A stretch of 64,000 bases of DNA, from the NCBI GenBank assembly GCA_052437175.1, contig JBQVOK010000005.1, positions 28,224 to 92,223 on the forward strand, read 5' to 3'. Source of the DNA: Flavobacteriales bacterium (GTDB lineage Bacteria > Bacteroidota > Bacteroidia > CAIKAF01). The notes beneath the pieces were generated by a model. It was given only the letters and a program-made list of their open reading frames with translations, made no database searches and was not told the DNA's origin. Shown here in pieces: positions 1 to 10,321 of this stretch (within the stretch, counting starts at the first letter, position 1; the number at the start of each line of letters is the position of its first letter). The position numbers were made by a program, and so were the translations under genes.

Positions 1-64
1 AGAAATTAAACAAATCCTTTCCGTTTTTTTTCATTGTTTTGTTGAAATTTCTATTCCGCTTATT

Positions 65-514
65 ATGGCACTTGTCAATACGATCAACGACGACATAAAG
101 AAGGCTATGCTGGCAAAAGATGCCGTGGCATTAGCCGCATTACGGGCAATTAAATCGGCCATACTGCTGGCACAGACCGACGGCAGCGGAAAAGAACTGG
201 ACGAAGCGGGAGAGCTGGCACTGCTGAACCGCATGGTGAAACAGCGCAAAGACAGTATTTCGGTGTACGAACAGCAGGGCAGGGCCGACCTGGCCGCCGA
301 GGAAAAGGCACAGCTGGCCGTGATCGAAAAGTTCCTGCCTGCACAAATGAGCCCCGAAGAGATCGAAACGCTTGTACGCGCAACGATCGGCGAACTGGGC
401 GCATCCGGACCTAAGGACATGGGTAAGGTAATGGGAGCCCTGCAGCCGAAGACCGCCGGCCGCGCCGACGGAAAACTGCTGGCCGAAACCGTAAAACGCG
501 TCCTGGGCAATTAA
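65..514 (+). CDS. GatB/YqeY domain protein
   Basis: 149 aa helical protein with YqeY motifs (IKKAMLAKD, KQRKDSISVYEQQGRADLA, DMGKVMG, GRADGK). Confidence 0.9.
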   Translation: MALVNTINDDIKKAMLAKDAVALAALRAIKSAILLAQTDGSGKELDEAGELALLNRMVKQRKDSISVYEQQGRADLAAEEKAQLAVIEKFLPAQMSPEEIETLVRATIGELGASGPKDMGKVMGALQPKTAGRADGKLLAETVKRVLGN

Positions 515-536
515 TTATAGCGACTACAAAAACATT

Positions 537-2840
537 ATGGCAAAAAATCTGGTTATTGTTGAGTCACCGGCCAAGGCCAAAACCATAGAGGGATTCCTGG
601 GAAAGGACTTTACCGTGAAATCGAGCTACGGGCACGTACGCGACCTTTCCGAAAAAGGCATCTCGGTGGATGTAAAGAATAATTTTGAACCTAAATACGA
701 GATCAGCGCCGACAAGAAAAAAGTGATCAGCGAACTGAAGGACCTGGTAAAGAAAAGCGAAACCGTATGGCTTGCGTCCGATGAGGACCGCGAAGGAGAA
801 GCGATCGCCTGGCACCTGAAGGAAACGCTGAATCTCGAAGACGGTAAGACCCGCCGCATCGTGTTCAATGAAATTACTAAAAATGCGATCCTGAAAGCGA
901 TCGAGAAACCGCGCCAGATCGACCTGAACCTCGTGAACGCCCAGCAGGCCCGCCGCGTGCTCGACCGCCTCGTGGGTTACGAAATATCGCCCGTACTCTG
1001 GAAAAAGGTAAAACCTTCGCTTTCGGCAGGCCGTGTACAATCGGTGGCCGTGCGTCTCATCGTGGAACGCGAGCGCGAACGTTCGGCCTTTAAATCGGTA
1101 TCGGCCTTTCGTGTTACCGGCGTGTTCAAAGTGGGCTCTTCTAAGATACGTGCAGAACTGAACAAACGCTTCGCCACCGAAAAAGAGGCCCTCGATTTCC
1201 TGGAAAAATGCACGTCGGCCGATTTCAGTATCGGTTCGGTGGAGACCAAGCCCGGTAAACGTACGCCGGCAGCGCCCTTCACTACATCTACCCTGCAACA
1301 GGAAGCCGGCCGTAAACTGGGGTACAGCGTAACGCGCACCATGACCCTGGCCCAGAAACTCTACGAAGAAGGAAAGATCACCTATATGCGTACCGACTCC
1401 GTAAACCTGTCGGATACGGCGCTGGAAGGCGCTTCGGCACAGATCGGCACGCAGTATGGCGATAAATATATACAGACCCGTAAGTTCACCACCAAGAGCA
1501 AAGGCGCCCAGGAAGCGCACGAGGCCATACGCCCCACGCATTTCGAAGAACTGAAGGTGAGCACGGACTCCGGCGCCCAGAAACTGTACGAACTGATCTG
1601 GAAACGTACCGTGGCCTCGCAGATGGCCGATGCCGTGCTGGAAAAGACCACGGTGGAGATACAGGGCTCCGGCCTCACGGAAAAGTTCGTGGCCCGCGGC
1701 GAAGTGATCAAATTTGACGGTTTCCTGAAAGTATACATGGAAAGTACCGACGAAGAAGAGGAAGAAGAGAACGACGACCAGATACTGCCGGCCGTGAAAA
1801 AGGGCGATGCCCTGCAGCGCCAGATCATTACGGCGGTGGAAAAATTTTCGATCCCACCGGCCCGCTACACGGAGGCCAGCCTGGTAAAGAAACTCGAAGA
1901 GCTGGGTATAGGCCGCCCGAGTACCTATGCGCCAACGATCACTACCATTCAGAAAAGAGGATACGTAGAACGCAAGGACCTGGAAGGTACGCCGCGTAAC
2001 TACAGCATTCTTACCCTGGAAAAAAGCAAGGTGGATAAGGAAGTAAAGACCGAAATGACCGGTGCGGACCGCAATAAGCTGTTCCCGACGGACATCGGTA
2101 CCATTGTGACCGACTTTCTCACCGAACATTTTAAGCAGATACTCGACTATAACTTTACCGCAAGGGTAGAGAAGGAGTTCGACGAAATAGCCGAAGGCCT
2201 CATGGAATGGCAGGATATGCTGAAGGATTTTTACGGTCCGTTCCACGAAACGGTGGAGCATACCGAAAAGCACAGCGAACGCGCCAAAGGCAAACGCGAA
2301 CTGGGCGTAGACCCGGCTTCCGGTAAAAACGTATATGCCCTCATCGGCCGTTATGGCCCCATGGCCCAGATCGGGGAGGCCGAGGACGAGGAAAAACCGC
2401 GCTTTGCCAGCCTGCAGAAGAACCAGAGCATCGAGACCATTACCCTGGAAGAAGCGCTTTCGCTCTTTAAACTGCCCAAACCGATCGGCATTTTCGAAGA
2501 CGAGGAAATGGTGGTGGGCGTAGGCCGTTTTGGGCCGTACGTACGCCATGCCGGCAAGTTCTACTCCCTGCCCAAGGGGGCCGACCCGCTCGATTTCCAG
2601 ATGGGAGAGGCCATTAAGCTGATCGAGGAGAAACGCATCGCCGACAGCAACAAGACCATCAAGGAATTTGAAGGTACCGACATACAGGTGCTCAACGGCC
2701 GTTTTGGGCCGTACATAAAACAGGGCAAAGAGAATTACAAGATACCGAAGGGTACCGAGCCCGCAGCACTTACGCTGGAAGAGGTACAGAAGATCATTGC
2801 CGAAGCGCCCGCCAAAAAACCAAAGAAAAAAGCCAGGTAA
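537..2840 (+). CDS. topA: DNA topoisomerase I
   Basis: TOPRIM IVESPAKAKTI, ASDEDREGEAI, SAGRVQS, active-site ITYMRTDS, C-terminal GRFGPY repeats. Confidence 0.98.
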   Translation: MAKNLVIVESPAKAKTIEGFLGKDFTVKSSYGHVRDLSEKGISVDVKNNFEPKYEISADKKKVISELKDLVKKSETVWLASDEDREGEAIAWHLKETLNLEDGKTRRIVFNEITKNAILKAIEKPRQIDLNLVNAQQARRVLDRLVGYEISPVLWKKVKPSLSAGRVQSVAVRLIVERERERSAFKSVSAFRVTGVFKVGSSKIRAELNKRFATEKEALDFLEKCTSADFSIGSVETKPGKRTPAAPFTTSTLQQEAGRKLGYSVTRTMTLAQKLYEEGKITYMRTDSVNLSDTALEGASAQIGTQYGDKYIQTRKFTTKSKGAQEAHEAIRPTHFEELKVSTDSGAQKLYELIWKRTVASQMADAVLEKTTVEIQGSGLTEKFVARGEVIKFDGFLKVYMESTDEEEEEENDDQILPAVKKGDALQRQIITAVEKFSIPPARYTEASLVKKLEELGIGRPSTYAPTITTIQKRGYVERKDLEGTPRNYSILTLEKSKVDKEVKTEMTGADRNKLFPTDIGTIVTDFLTEHFKQILDYNFTARVEKEFDEIAEGLMEWQDMLKDFYGPFHETVEHTEKHSERAKGKRELGVDPASGKNVYALIGRYGPMAQIGEAEDEEKPRFASLQKNQSIETITLEEALSLFKLPKPIGIFEDEEMVVGVGRFGPYVRHAGKFYSLPKGADPLDFQMGEAIKLIEEKRIADSNKTIKEFEGTDIQVLNGRFGPYIKQGKENYKIPKGTEPAALTLEEVQKIIAEAPAKKPKKKAR

Positions 2841-2864
2841 ACTGCGGCTTGTAAACGATATCAG

Positions 2865-2899
2865 AAGGTCTTCTTTCGCGGTTGCGGAAGGAGACCTTT
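2865..2899 (+). terminator. Intrinsic terminator-like hairpin after topA
   Basis: AAGGTCTTCTTTCGC-GGTT-GCGGAAGGAGACCTT stem followed by T-rich sequence. Confidence 0.7.
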
Positions 2900-2974
2900 G
2901 TCTTTACAATGTATTGTTGAATAGTTTCGGATAAGTTCCTGTGCGGGCGCCGCCTTGTTTTTTACCTTTAGGCC

Positions 2975-4150
2975 ATGAATTTTATGGAATTCTTTTCACC
3001 GGTACCGGGTTTTTTGCTTCCCGACCGGCCTAACGGCGACCGCCTGGGCGATTCGATCCGCTATTTCGGTAATGTGGGCGCTTTTCCCGACCTCAGCAAC
3101 CGGCCCGACCTGCTGCTGCTGGGCCTGGGCGAACGTAAGGACGGCACGGTGGACAACCGTTACCCCGACGAGATCCGTAAACATCTTTATACCTTATATA
3201 AAGGACTGTATAAGCCCGACCTGGCCGATGCAGGCAATATCCGTTTTGAAGGTCTGGGTGAAGCCGAGACCGAAGACGACCGTATTGTGGAGGCCCTGAG
3301 CTGGGCCATGAACTCGGCCGGACTGGTGATCCTGCTGGGGCACAGCCAGGACTATACCTGGCATATACACGAAGCCTACCGCCGCCGCAACATGTACTTT
3401 AACCTCTGCGTGATCGACGCCTCGCTCGATATGGGCGATGAGGCCGAAGAACTGGATGCCTCCAACTGGCTGGGCAAAATACTCTTCAACCGCCTGAACA
3501 AACTCTTTAACGTAAGCCTGATGGGCTACCAGAACTACCTGGTGCCGCCCCGCCTGGTGCAGACCTTCCGCGATCTGCATTTTGACGTGGTACGCCTGGG
3601 CGATCTGCGGGCGCAGATGGAAGAGGCCGAACCTTACCTGCGCGATGCGGATGTGGTGAGTATCGACGCTTCCTCGATGCAGTATTCGGCCTGTCCGGCG
3701 GCCCGGGAGCAATGGCCCAACGGTCTGCGCGGCGAAGAACTGTGCCGCATGGCCCGCTACCTGGGTATGAGTCCCAAACTGGCCTGTGCAGGCGTGTTCA
3801 ACCTGGATACGGATTCGCCGCAGTTCAGCCTGGGCGCTTCGGCCATGGCCCAGGTGGTATGGCACATCATCGACGGCTTTTATGCACGTACGGTAGACAA
3901 TCCTGATTTCTCTTCTTCGGAGTATTTATCGTACGAAGTGGCCGGCGACACCGAAAGCAGCAGCCTGCGCTTTTACCAGAACCGTATTTCGGGCCGCTGG
4001 TGGCTGCGGATACCCTTACCCATCGATCTGCAGATACAGTATAATGTACCCGAATTTGTGGTGCCTTGCTCCGAGAAGGATTACCTGGCTGCTACCATGA
4101 ATGAGGTGCCTGAACGCTGGATGAACTCTTTAAAAAAGTTAAATTTGTAA
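2975..4150 (+). CDS. Arginase/formimidoylglutamase-family protein with degenerate metal-binding motifs
   Basis: Ureohydrolase-like motifs (DAGNI, IDASLD, EPYLRDADVVSIDAS, PNGLRGEELCRMARYLG); position between topA and the T9SS locus as in other Bacteroidota. Confidence 0.8.
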   Translation: MNFMEFFSPVPGFLLPDRPNGDRLGDSIRYFGNVGAFPDLSNRPDLLLLGLGERKDGTVDNRYPDEIRKHLYTLYKGLYKPDLADAGNIRFEGLGEAETEDDRIVEALSWAMNSAGLVILLGHSQDYTWHIHEAYRRRNMYFNLCVIDASLDMGDEAEELDASNWLGKILFNRLNKLFNVSLMGYQNYLVPPRLVQTFRDLHFDVVRLGDLRAQMEEAEPYLRDADVVSIDASSMQYSACPAAREQWPNGLRGEELCRMARYLGMSPKLACAGVFNLDTDSPQFSLGASAMAQVVWHIIDGFYARTVDNPDFSSSEYLSYEVAGDTESSSLRFYQNRISGRWWLRIPLPIDLQIQYNVPEFVVPCSEKDYLAATMNEVPERWMNSLKKLNL

Positions 4151-4292
4151 TCCATTAATAATCAAATAATTAATTCAACTTCGTAAGCAGAAATGAACAT
4201 TTTTTTGTTAATCATTTGCACTTGTTAAGAAAAATTATTCGTATGTTTACGTTTCAAAATTATATTATTTGAGAAACATATACCGCAACTGT

Positions 4293-5270
4293 ATGAAATT
4301 CAAATCCTTGTTTGCTCTTGGGGCCTTTTTCGCCCTCAATAACAGCTTGTTTTCTCAACAAGACCCTCAGTTTACCCAATTCTATTTTAACAAAACATTT
4401 ATTAATCCGGCTGCGGCAGGGATTCACAATAATATTTGTGTAAACCTCATGAACCGCTATCAGTGGGCGGGTTTCGAGGGTTCTCCGCTTACCAACCAGC
4501 TTACGGTGGATGCGGGTCTTAAAAACATTATAGGTCACGACGTAGGTGTGGGCCTCAGTGTCTACAACGACCGTCTCGGTTTCTTTAATCATACGGGGCT
4601 GCGCCTTGCGGGTGCATACGGTTTCCAGGTAGGTGGCACAGGCCGTCTGCGTGTGGGTATCGACCTGGGTTTCATGAACACGATCGTGGACGGTTCCAAA
4701 TGGCAGGCTCCCCAGACGGTTCTGGGCGATCCGCTGATCCCGGCTTCCGGTTCGGGGCTTACCTTCAATGCCGGTGCCGGTGTATACTACCAGGCCAATA
4801 ACTGGTATGCAGGTATCTCTGCATCCAACATCCCGGGCCTGCGCGCCAAGAACGTGAACATTACACAGGCCCGTCACATGTACATCATGGGCGGTTATAC
4901 CTTCCAGGGTGTGGGTAATCCGCGCCTGGACATCAATCCGAACGCGATCATCAAAACCGATTTCAAATACATTCCTTCGTTCGACATCAACTGTAATATT
5001 ATCTGGGATAAGCGTTACTGGGGTGGTCTTACCTACCGTTTCCAGGATATGATCTCGATCGGCGGCGGTGCCGTGATCTGGCAGACCTCGAAACACAACC
5101 TGACCGCAAGCTATACGTACGATCTCACCACATCACGTATCCTGCGCTTCAGTTCGGGCAGCCACGAGCTCCTGCTGAAATACTGCTTCGTGATCGAGCT
5201 CAATCAGCCGTCCGGCGGAGGATTCATTGTACGTGACCTGGGTTCAAGAGCGCGCAGATATGCGCCGTAG
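4293..5270 (+). CDS. porP: PorP/SprF family T9SS outer-membrane beta-barrel
   Basis: Signal peptide followed by QQDPQFTQFYFNKTFINPAAAG, RYQWAG and C-terminal SYTYD...GSHEL; lies directly upstream of gldK; ATG 4293 preferred over TTG 4269. Confidence 0.92.
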   Translation: MKFKSLFALGAFFALNNSLFSQQDPQFTQFYFNKTFINPAAAGIHNNICVNLMNRYQWAGFEGSPLTNQLTVDAGLKNIIGHDVGVGLSVYNDRLGFFNHTGLRLAGAYGFQVGGTGRLRVGIDLGFMNTIVDGSKWQAPQTVLGDPLIPASGSGLTFNAGAGVYYQANNWYAGISASNIPGLRAKNVNITQARHMYIMGGYTFQGVGNPRLDINPNAIIKTDFKYIPSFDINCNIIWDKRYWGGLTYRFQDMISIGGGAVIWQTSKHNLTASYTYDLTTSRILRFSSGSHELLLKYCFVIELNQPSGGGFIVRDLGSRARRYAP

Positions 5271-5382
5271 TTTCGTTAAATTTTACAAAATAATTAACGA
5301 AAAGTATCATTAATTTAGGAAGCTACCGTTTAATACCATAAAATTGCATCTCTTAAAAGTTTTCAAGAAATCTGTGTTGAAA

Positions 5383-6711
5383 ATGAAAAAGCAAAATCTC
5401 AGAAAAGTTGTTTTGGCCGGAGCAGTAGCCGCTACCGTGTATAGCTGCGGCGACCCCTACGGAGGTCAGCTGGTAGGCGCTCAAAACAGACCCAAGTGGT
5501 ATCAGCCCGATCCGTTCGGTATGGTATACGTTCCCATGGGTAGCTATAATATGGGTCCTTCCGACCAGGATGTGCCGAGTAACTTTACTTCGCAGTCGAA
5601 GACGGTTACTGTAGAGGCCTTCTACATGGATCAGACTGAAATATCCAATAACGAGTACCGCCAGTACGTGGAATGGGTTCGTGACTCTATGGCGCGCCGC
5701 CTCCTGGGCGAAGCCGGCATAGACGGATTCTATATCCCGGATGAAGAATACGAAGAGTACGTTCAGAACCTGAACCTGCCCGATCCTCCGCTGCTGAACT
5801 GGAGAACGCGTATCGAATGGGAAGATCCCGATCAGGCAGACGCCCTGGAAGAGATGTATTATCCGCAGAAAGAACGTTACTACAAAAAACGCGAACTCGA
5901 CGTTCGTAAATATGTATACGAATATTACTTCATCGACTACAAAATGGCCGCTGCCGATCCCGAGCGTGGTCAGGACGACAGAAGTCCGTTCCTGCGGAAA
6001 GAACGTGTAAAGGTATATCCCGATACACTGGTTTGGGTAGCCGACTACACCTATTCCTACAACGAGCCGCATACCAAAATGTATTTCTGGCACCCGGCGT
6101 ATGACGATTATCCGGTAGTAGGCGTTACCTGGAAACAGGCCAACGGTTTCTCGAACTGGAGAACGAATTTTATGAACAACTACCTGCAGAACCGCGGTGA
6201 GTTCCCGGTACACGATTTCCGTCTTCCTACCGAAGCGGAATGGGAATACGCTGCACGCGGAGGCCTGGAATTATCACCGTACCCCTGGGGCGGTCCGTAT
6301 ATCCGTAACTCCAAAGGTTGTTTCCTGGGTAACTTCAAACCGCTGCGCGGTAACTATATCGATGACGGTGGCGCCAAAACCGTACAGGTTGAATCGTACA
6401 ACCCGAACGGATACGGTCTCTACTGTATGGCAGGTAACGTAGCCGAATGGTGTCGTGATGCCTTCGAAGAATCAGGCTACAGCTTTGCGCATGACCTGAA
6501 CCCGGATTTCTATTATGAAGCCAAAGACGGTGCGCTGGACGGTCCGATCGCCCTGCGTCGTAAGGTGATACGCGGAGGTTCCTGGAAAGATGTGGGATTC
6601 TTCCTGCAGACATCTTCACGTACCTACGAATATCAGGATTCCTGCAAATCGTTCATCGGGTTCCGTAATGTGCAAACATTTATGGGTAGAGCAAAAGAAG
6701 ATTATAAGTAA
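5383..6711 (+). CDS. gldK: T9SS/gliding ring lipoprotein GldK (PorK)
   Basis: Lipobox (VYSC), FGE-sulfatase fold motifs FRLPTEAEWEYAARGG, YPWGGPY, MAGNVAEW, RGGSW; GldK-specific YFWHPAYDDYPVVGVTWKQA; start 5383 preferred. Confidence 0.95.
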   Translation: MKKQNLRKVVLAGAVAATVYSCGDPYGGQLVGAQNRPKWYQPDPFGMVYVPMGSYNMGPSDQDVPSNFTSQSKTVTVEAFYMDQTEISNNEYRQYVEWVRDSMARRLLGEAGIDGFYIPDEEYEEYVQNLNLPDPPLLNWRTRIEWEDPDQADALEEMYYPQKERYYKKRELDVRKYVYEYYFIDYKMAAADPERGQDDRSPFLRKERVKVYPDTLVWVADYTYSYNEPHTKMYFWHPAYDDYPVVGVTWKQANGFSNWRTNFMNNYLQNRGEFPVHDFRLPTEAEWEYAARGGLELSPYPWGGPYIRNSKGCFLGNFKPLRGNYIDDGGAKTVQVESYNPNGYGLYCMAGNVAEWCRDAFEESGYSFAHDLNPDFYYEAKDGALDGPIALRRKVIRGGSWKDVGFFLQTSSRTYEYQDSCKSFIGFRNVQTFMGRAKEDYK

Positions 6712-6776
6712 GTTACTTCTTTCCTGACAACAACATAAATTCCATTTCTTTTATCAACTTTTAAAAATGCCTAAAT

Positions 6777-6784
6777 TATGTTTG
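6777..6784 (+). promoter_or_regulatory. Bacteroidota -7 promoter element, possible internal promoter for gldLMN
   Basis: TATGTTTG matches TAnnTTTG in the gldK-gldL gap. Confidence 0.45.
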
Positions 6785-6868
6785 CCCTGTGTGAACGGTA
6801 TATGTAATGGAGGTATATTAGCATAGGTAAAACCAAAACGAACAATAAAAAAACAAAAGAAAAGCGTT

Positions 6869-7696
6869 ATGAAATTCTTGCATTCAAAAAGAGGAAAGAT
6901 TGTAATGAACCTGATCTATGGATTGGGAGCTGCGGTGGTAATCGTAGGTGCGTGGATGAAAATCCTTCACTTACCCGGCGCCAACTACGCTATCTCCGTA
7001 GGTCTGCTTACAGAGGCCGTTATATTCGCGATCTCGGCGTTTGAAACACCGAAAGAAGAAGTGGACTGGACCCTTGTTTATCCGGAACTGGCAGGCTTAC
7101 CTGCCGAAGAACGTGCCGCCCGTGGCGGTGGCGGTGTGGGTACCGCAAACCTCGTATTGAAAGATTCGGTTACACAGGAACTGGATAAAATGCTGGCCGA
7201 AGCCAAGATCGGTCCGGAACTGTTAACCAGCCTGCGCGACAGCATTTCCCGCCTGAGCGAAAATACATCACAGCTGAATGAAGTGGCTACGGCTGCCAGC
7301 GCTACCGACGAGTACGTTAGCAGCGTGCGTAACGCCAGCCAGACGGTTGCCAAATTATCGGACACATACGTAAAAGCTGCCGAAAGCCTCACCGGCCTCA
7401 GTTCTACAGAAGCCGAAGGTAAAAGCTACGGCGAGCAGTTACAGCGCGTAAGCAAAAACCTGTCTGCCCTGAACAACGTATACGAACTGCAATTGCAGGG
7501 TTCACAGGATTACCTGGAAGCTACCGGTAAAGTTTACGGAAACATTGCCCAGCTCCTGAATAACCTGAACGACTCTGTAGCCGATACGCAACGTTACAAA
7601 GAAGAAATTCACAAATTAGGAAATAATCTGTCTGCACTGAATACCGTGTACGGTAACATGTTGTCTGCGATGAACATCCGTCCTGCAGGTAACTAA
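6869..7696 (+). CDS. gldL: T9SS motor subunit GldL (PorL)
   Basis: Two N-terminal TM helices YGLGAAVVIVGAWMKILH and GLLTEAVIFAISAFE, DWTLVYPEL, C-terminal NLSALNTVYGNMLSAM. Confidence 0.96.
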   Translation: MKFLHSKRGKIVMNLIYGLGAAVVIVGAWMKILHLPGANYAISVGLLTEAVIFAISAFETPKEEVDWTLVYPELAGLPAEERAARGGGGVGTANLVLKDSVTQELDKMLAEAKIGPELLTSLRDSISRLSENTSQLNEVATAASATDEYVSSVRNASQTVAKLSDTYVKAAESLTGLSSTEAEGKSYGEQLQRVSKNLSALNNVYELQLQGSQDYLEATGKVYGNIAQLLNNLNDSVADTQRYKEEIHKLGNNLSALNTVYGNMLSAMNIRPAGN

Positions 7697-7738
7697 GATC
7701 TTCCCATTGTTTCACAATTTAAATGAAAGGTAGAAAAA

Positions 7739-9340
7739 ATGGCAAGTGGTAGTCAGAGCCCGCGGCAGAAGATGATTAACATGATGTATCTCGTGTTAAC
7801 AGCGATGCTCGCGTTGAACGTATCAAAAGAGATCCTCGATGCCTTCGTGATCGTAGGTGAGGGCCTCGTTATGCAGAAAGGAAACCTGGAAAGTAAAAAC
7901 GGACTTCTTTACGGTTCGTTCGAACAGCAGAAACTCCTTTACAAAGACAATTTCCAACGTATTAAACCCTACTATGACAAAGCGTTTAAGGTAAAAGGCA
8001 TGTCAGACGAGCTGGTGAAATACATCGAGGATATGAAAGTAGAACTGATCGCCGAAGCAGAAGGCGTTACCAAAGACGAGGTGATCAGCAAAAATATCAC
8101 GGCGAAGAACCTGAAAGCGCTGGATAACTACGATATCCCTACATATTATTTCGGTACCGATGACCCGAGCAAAGTACAGAACGGTTCGGCCCGCGTATCG
8201 GAACTGAAAAAGAAGATCGCCGAGTACCGCGATAAACTGCTGTCCAAAGAGTTCCTGGATAACATGAAAGACTCTTCAGACCTGCGCTTTAACCTGAACA
8301 CAAACGATCAGCAAAGCTTTAAATCCAATGAGATACTTCCCTGGGAGCTTTACTATTTCTATCACCTGCCCATGCCTGCGGCTCTTACCGAGCTTACCAA
8401 ATGGCAGAACAACGTCCGCGCTGCGGAAGGTGATATGGTAGAATATCTCTACAACCGTATCTCGGCCAGCTCTTACAAATTCGACGCCATTAAGGCTGCC
8501 ATCATTCCGAAATCGAATGTGGTGTTTGCCGGTAATGCCTTCGAAGCGGAGATCTTCCTGGCTGCCTATAACTCTACCGAAAAACCGGAGATCATAGCCA
8601 ACGGTACCCAGGTGAGCGAATTCGTTGACGGCCGAGGTATCTACAAGATCCAGGCTTCCGGCGAAGGAGAGAAAACGGTAAGCGGTGTGATCAAGATCAA
8701 AGACCCTATCAGCGGCGGTGTTCGCGAAGAGGCCTTCGAAACCAAATACCAGGTGTCTAAACCGATGATGTCGGTATCACCCGATAAAATGAACGTGGTA
8801 TACCGCGGTCTGGAAAACCCGATCACCGTATCGGTACCGGGCGTTGCTCCCAACCAGATCACGGCCAACTGTTCCGGTTGTGCCGCCTTTACCGGTTCTA
8901 ACGGTAAATTTATCCTGAAGCCGGGTACAGGTAGTACGGTAGACATCAGCGTAAGCGTAAAACTGTCTGACGGTACGGTACAAAGCATGGGTAAAGCACC
9001 TTTCCGTGTAAAACGCGTTCCGGATCCGACCATTCGCTGGGGTAACGTAAAATCCGGCGATGCCGTGAACTCGAACCACGTGAAGTCCGTGAGCGCCATC
9101 GTGCCCATCATGGAAGACTTTGACTTCCCGCTGTATTCAAAGATCCTGAGCTTCAAAGTAGTTTCTTTCCCGGGTGGTAACTTCGACGAAAGTTCGGTTA
9201 CCGGTAACGTACTGCCCGAAGCTGTAAAAAGTAAAATGGCCAAAACGCCCAGAGGTAAATCCATCTACTTTGAACAGATCCGCGTACAACAACCCGACGG
9301 AAGAACCGTTACACTGAACGCTGCATTCCCAGTTCGCTAA
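7739..9340 (+). CDS. gldM: T9SS motor subunit GldM (PorM)
   Basis: SPRQKMINMMYLVLTAMLALNVSKEILDAF and KMNVVYRGLENPITVSVPG signatures. Confidence 0.96.
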   Translation: MASGSQSPRQKMINMMYLVLTAMLALNVSKEILDAFVIVGEGLVMQKGNLESKNGLLYGSFEQQKLLYKDNFQRIKPYYDKAFKVKGMSDELVKYIEDMKVELIAEAEGVTKDEVISKNITAKNLKALDNYDIPTYYFGTDDPSKVQNGSARVSELKKKIAEYRDKLLSKEFLDNMKDSSDLRFNLNTNDQQSFKSNEILPWELYYFYHLPMPAALTELTKWQNNVRAAEGDMVEYLYNRISASSYKFDAIKAAIIPKSNVVFAGNAFEAEIFLAAYNSTEKPEIIANGTQVSEFVDGRGIYKIQASGEGEKTVSGVIKIKDPISGGVREEAFETKYQVSKPMMSVSPDKMNVVYRGLENPITVSVPGVAPNQITANCSGCAAFTGSNGKFILKPGTGSTVDISVSVKLSDGTVQSMGKAPFRVKRVPDPTIRWGNVKSGDAVNSNHVKSVSAIVPIMEDFDFPLYSKILSFKVVSFPGGNFDESSVTGNVLPEAVKSKMAKTPRGKSIYFEQIRVQQPDGRTVTLNAAFPVR

Positions 9341-9360
9341 AAAAATTAAAACAATAAAGT

Positions 9361-10224
9361 ATGATTTCTAAATTCAGATTTCTCTCAGTTTTCGCCCTCG
9401 GACTCCTGTTCCTGGCACTTGGCCAGTCAGCGTCCGCACAGGTTATGGAACCTCGAGACGGAGTGTATGATAAAGTAACTACTCCTTCGCGCCGTGTAGT
9501 TCCTTATCCGGGAATCAGGGAAGCCGACGTAATGTGGCAACGCAGAATATGGCGCGTGATCGACCTTCGCGAGAAGATGAATCAGTACATGTACTATCCG
9601 TTCGAAATTACCAACGGACGTAAAAACCTGATCACCATTATCAAAGAAGGTATCGAAAAAGGAGAATTGCGTCCCTACGATCCGGTATATGACGACTTTA
9701 CCGTGCCTCTGACACAACAACAGGCGCTGTCTATCGGTTCGGATACCATCTTTTATACAGACTATCGTCCGTATGAGCCCTACGAGGAATTCGATACATT
9801 CCGCTACCAGCCCCTGGATTACTCTTCCATCAAGAAGTTCCAGGTGAAGGAAGACTGGGTGTTCGAAAAATCCCGCTCGGTAATGGAAACCCGTATCATC
9901 GGTATCTGCCCCGTACGCGAAGTACGTGATCCGCAGACCGGCGAATACCGTGGCGAACAGCCGATGTACTGGATCTATTTCCCCGAACTGCGTCGTAAAA
10001 TGGCCAATGAAGAAGTGTACAACCGCTTCAACAACATTGCCCAGCAGATCACGTACGACGATGCATTCATGAAACGCTTGTTCTCCAGTTATATCTACAA
10101 GGAAGATAACGTGTACGACCGTAAGATCAAAGACTATATGAAAAACGGAATGGAGGCCCTCCTTGAAAACGAGGACATCAAAGACAAGATCCGTAATTAC
10201 GAACACGATCTCTGGGAACAGTAA
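9361..10224 (+). CDS. gldN: T9SS ring protein GldN (PorN)
   Basis: READVMWQRRIWRVIDLREKMN, KEDWVFEK, IIGICP, YWIYFPELR, C-terminal EHDLW. Confidence 0.95.
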   Translation: MISKFRFLSVFALGLLFLALGQSASAQVMEPRDGVYDKVTTPSRRVVPYPGIREADVMWQRRIWRVIDLREKMNQYMYYPFEITNGRKNLITIIKEGIEKGELRPYDPVYDDFTVPLTQQQALSIGSDTIFYTDYRPYEPYEEFDTFRYQPLDYSSIKKFQVKEDWVFEKSRSVMETRIIGICPVREVRDPQTGEYRGEQPMYWIYFPELRRKMANEEVYNRFNNIAQQITYDDAFMKRLFSSYIYKEDNVYDRKIKDYMKNGMEALLENEDIKDKIRNYEHDLWEQ

Positions 10225-10240
10225 TCAATAAGATTTTTTA

Positions 10241-10272
10241 AGAGAGCCGCTGAAAATGCGGCTCTTTTTTTT
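10241..10272 (+). terminator. Intrinsic terminator after gldN
   Basis: AGAGCCGC-loop-GCGGCTCT followed by a T run. Confidence 0.85.
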
Positions 10273-10321
10273 GCGTTATATCCTGGTACGGAATTATCTG
10301 TATACGTAAATCTTCTGTGCC

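Noticed and set aside
564-2549. Long antisense ORFs opposite real genes (e.g. 564-2549, 25301-26863, 39496-40629, 44145-45398, 55701-57323, 61369-62514)
   Set aside because: They mirror well-supported genes on the other strand, have no recognisable motifs, and are expected shadows of codon bias.
5344-5382. Upstream TTG/GTG or early ATG starts in the ORF track (also 4269, 11161, 28569, 31279, 38626, 41973, 42045, 47144, 50910, 55102, 55752)
   Set aside because: They overlap promoter, terminator or AT-rich leader DNA; the downstream ATGs give proper signal peptides or family N-termini.
10284-10299. TGGTACG upstream of the second gldN as a sigma-54 promoter
   Set aside because: The -12 TTGC box is missing at the required spacing (reads TATC).
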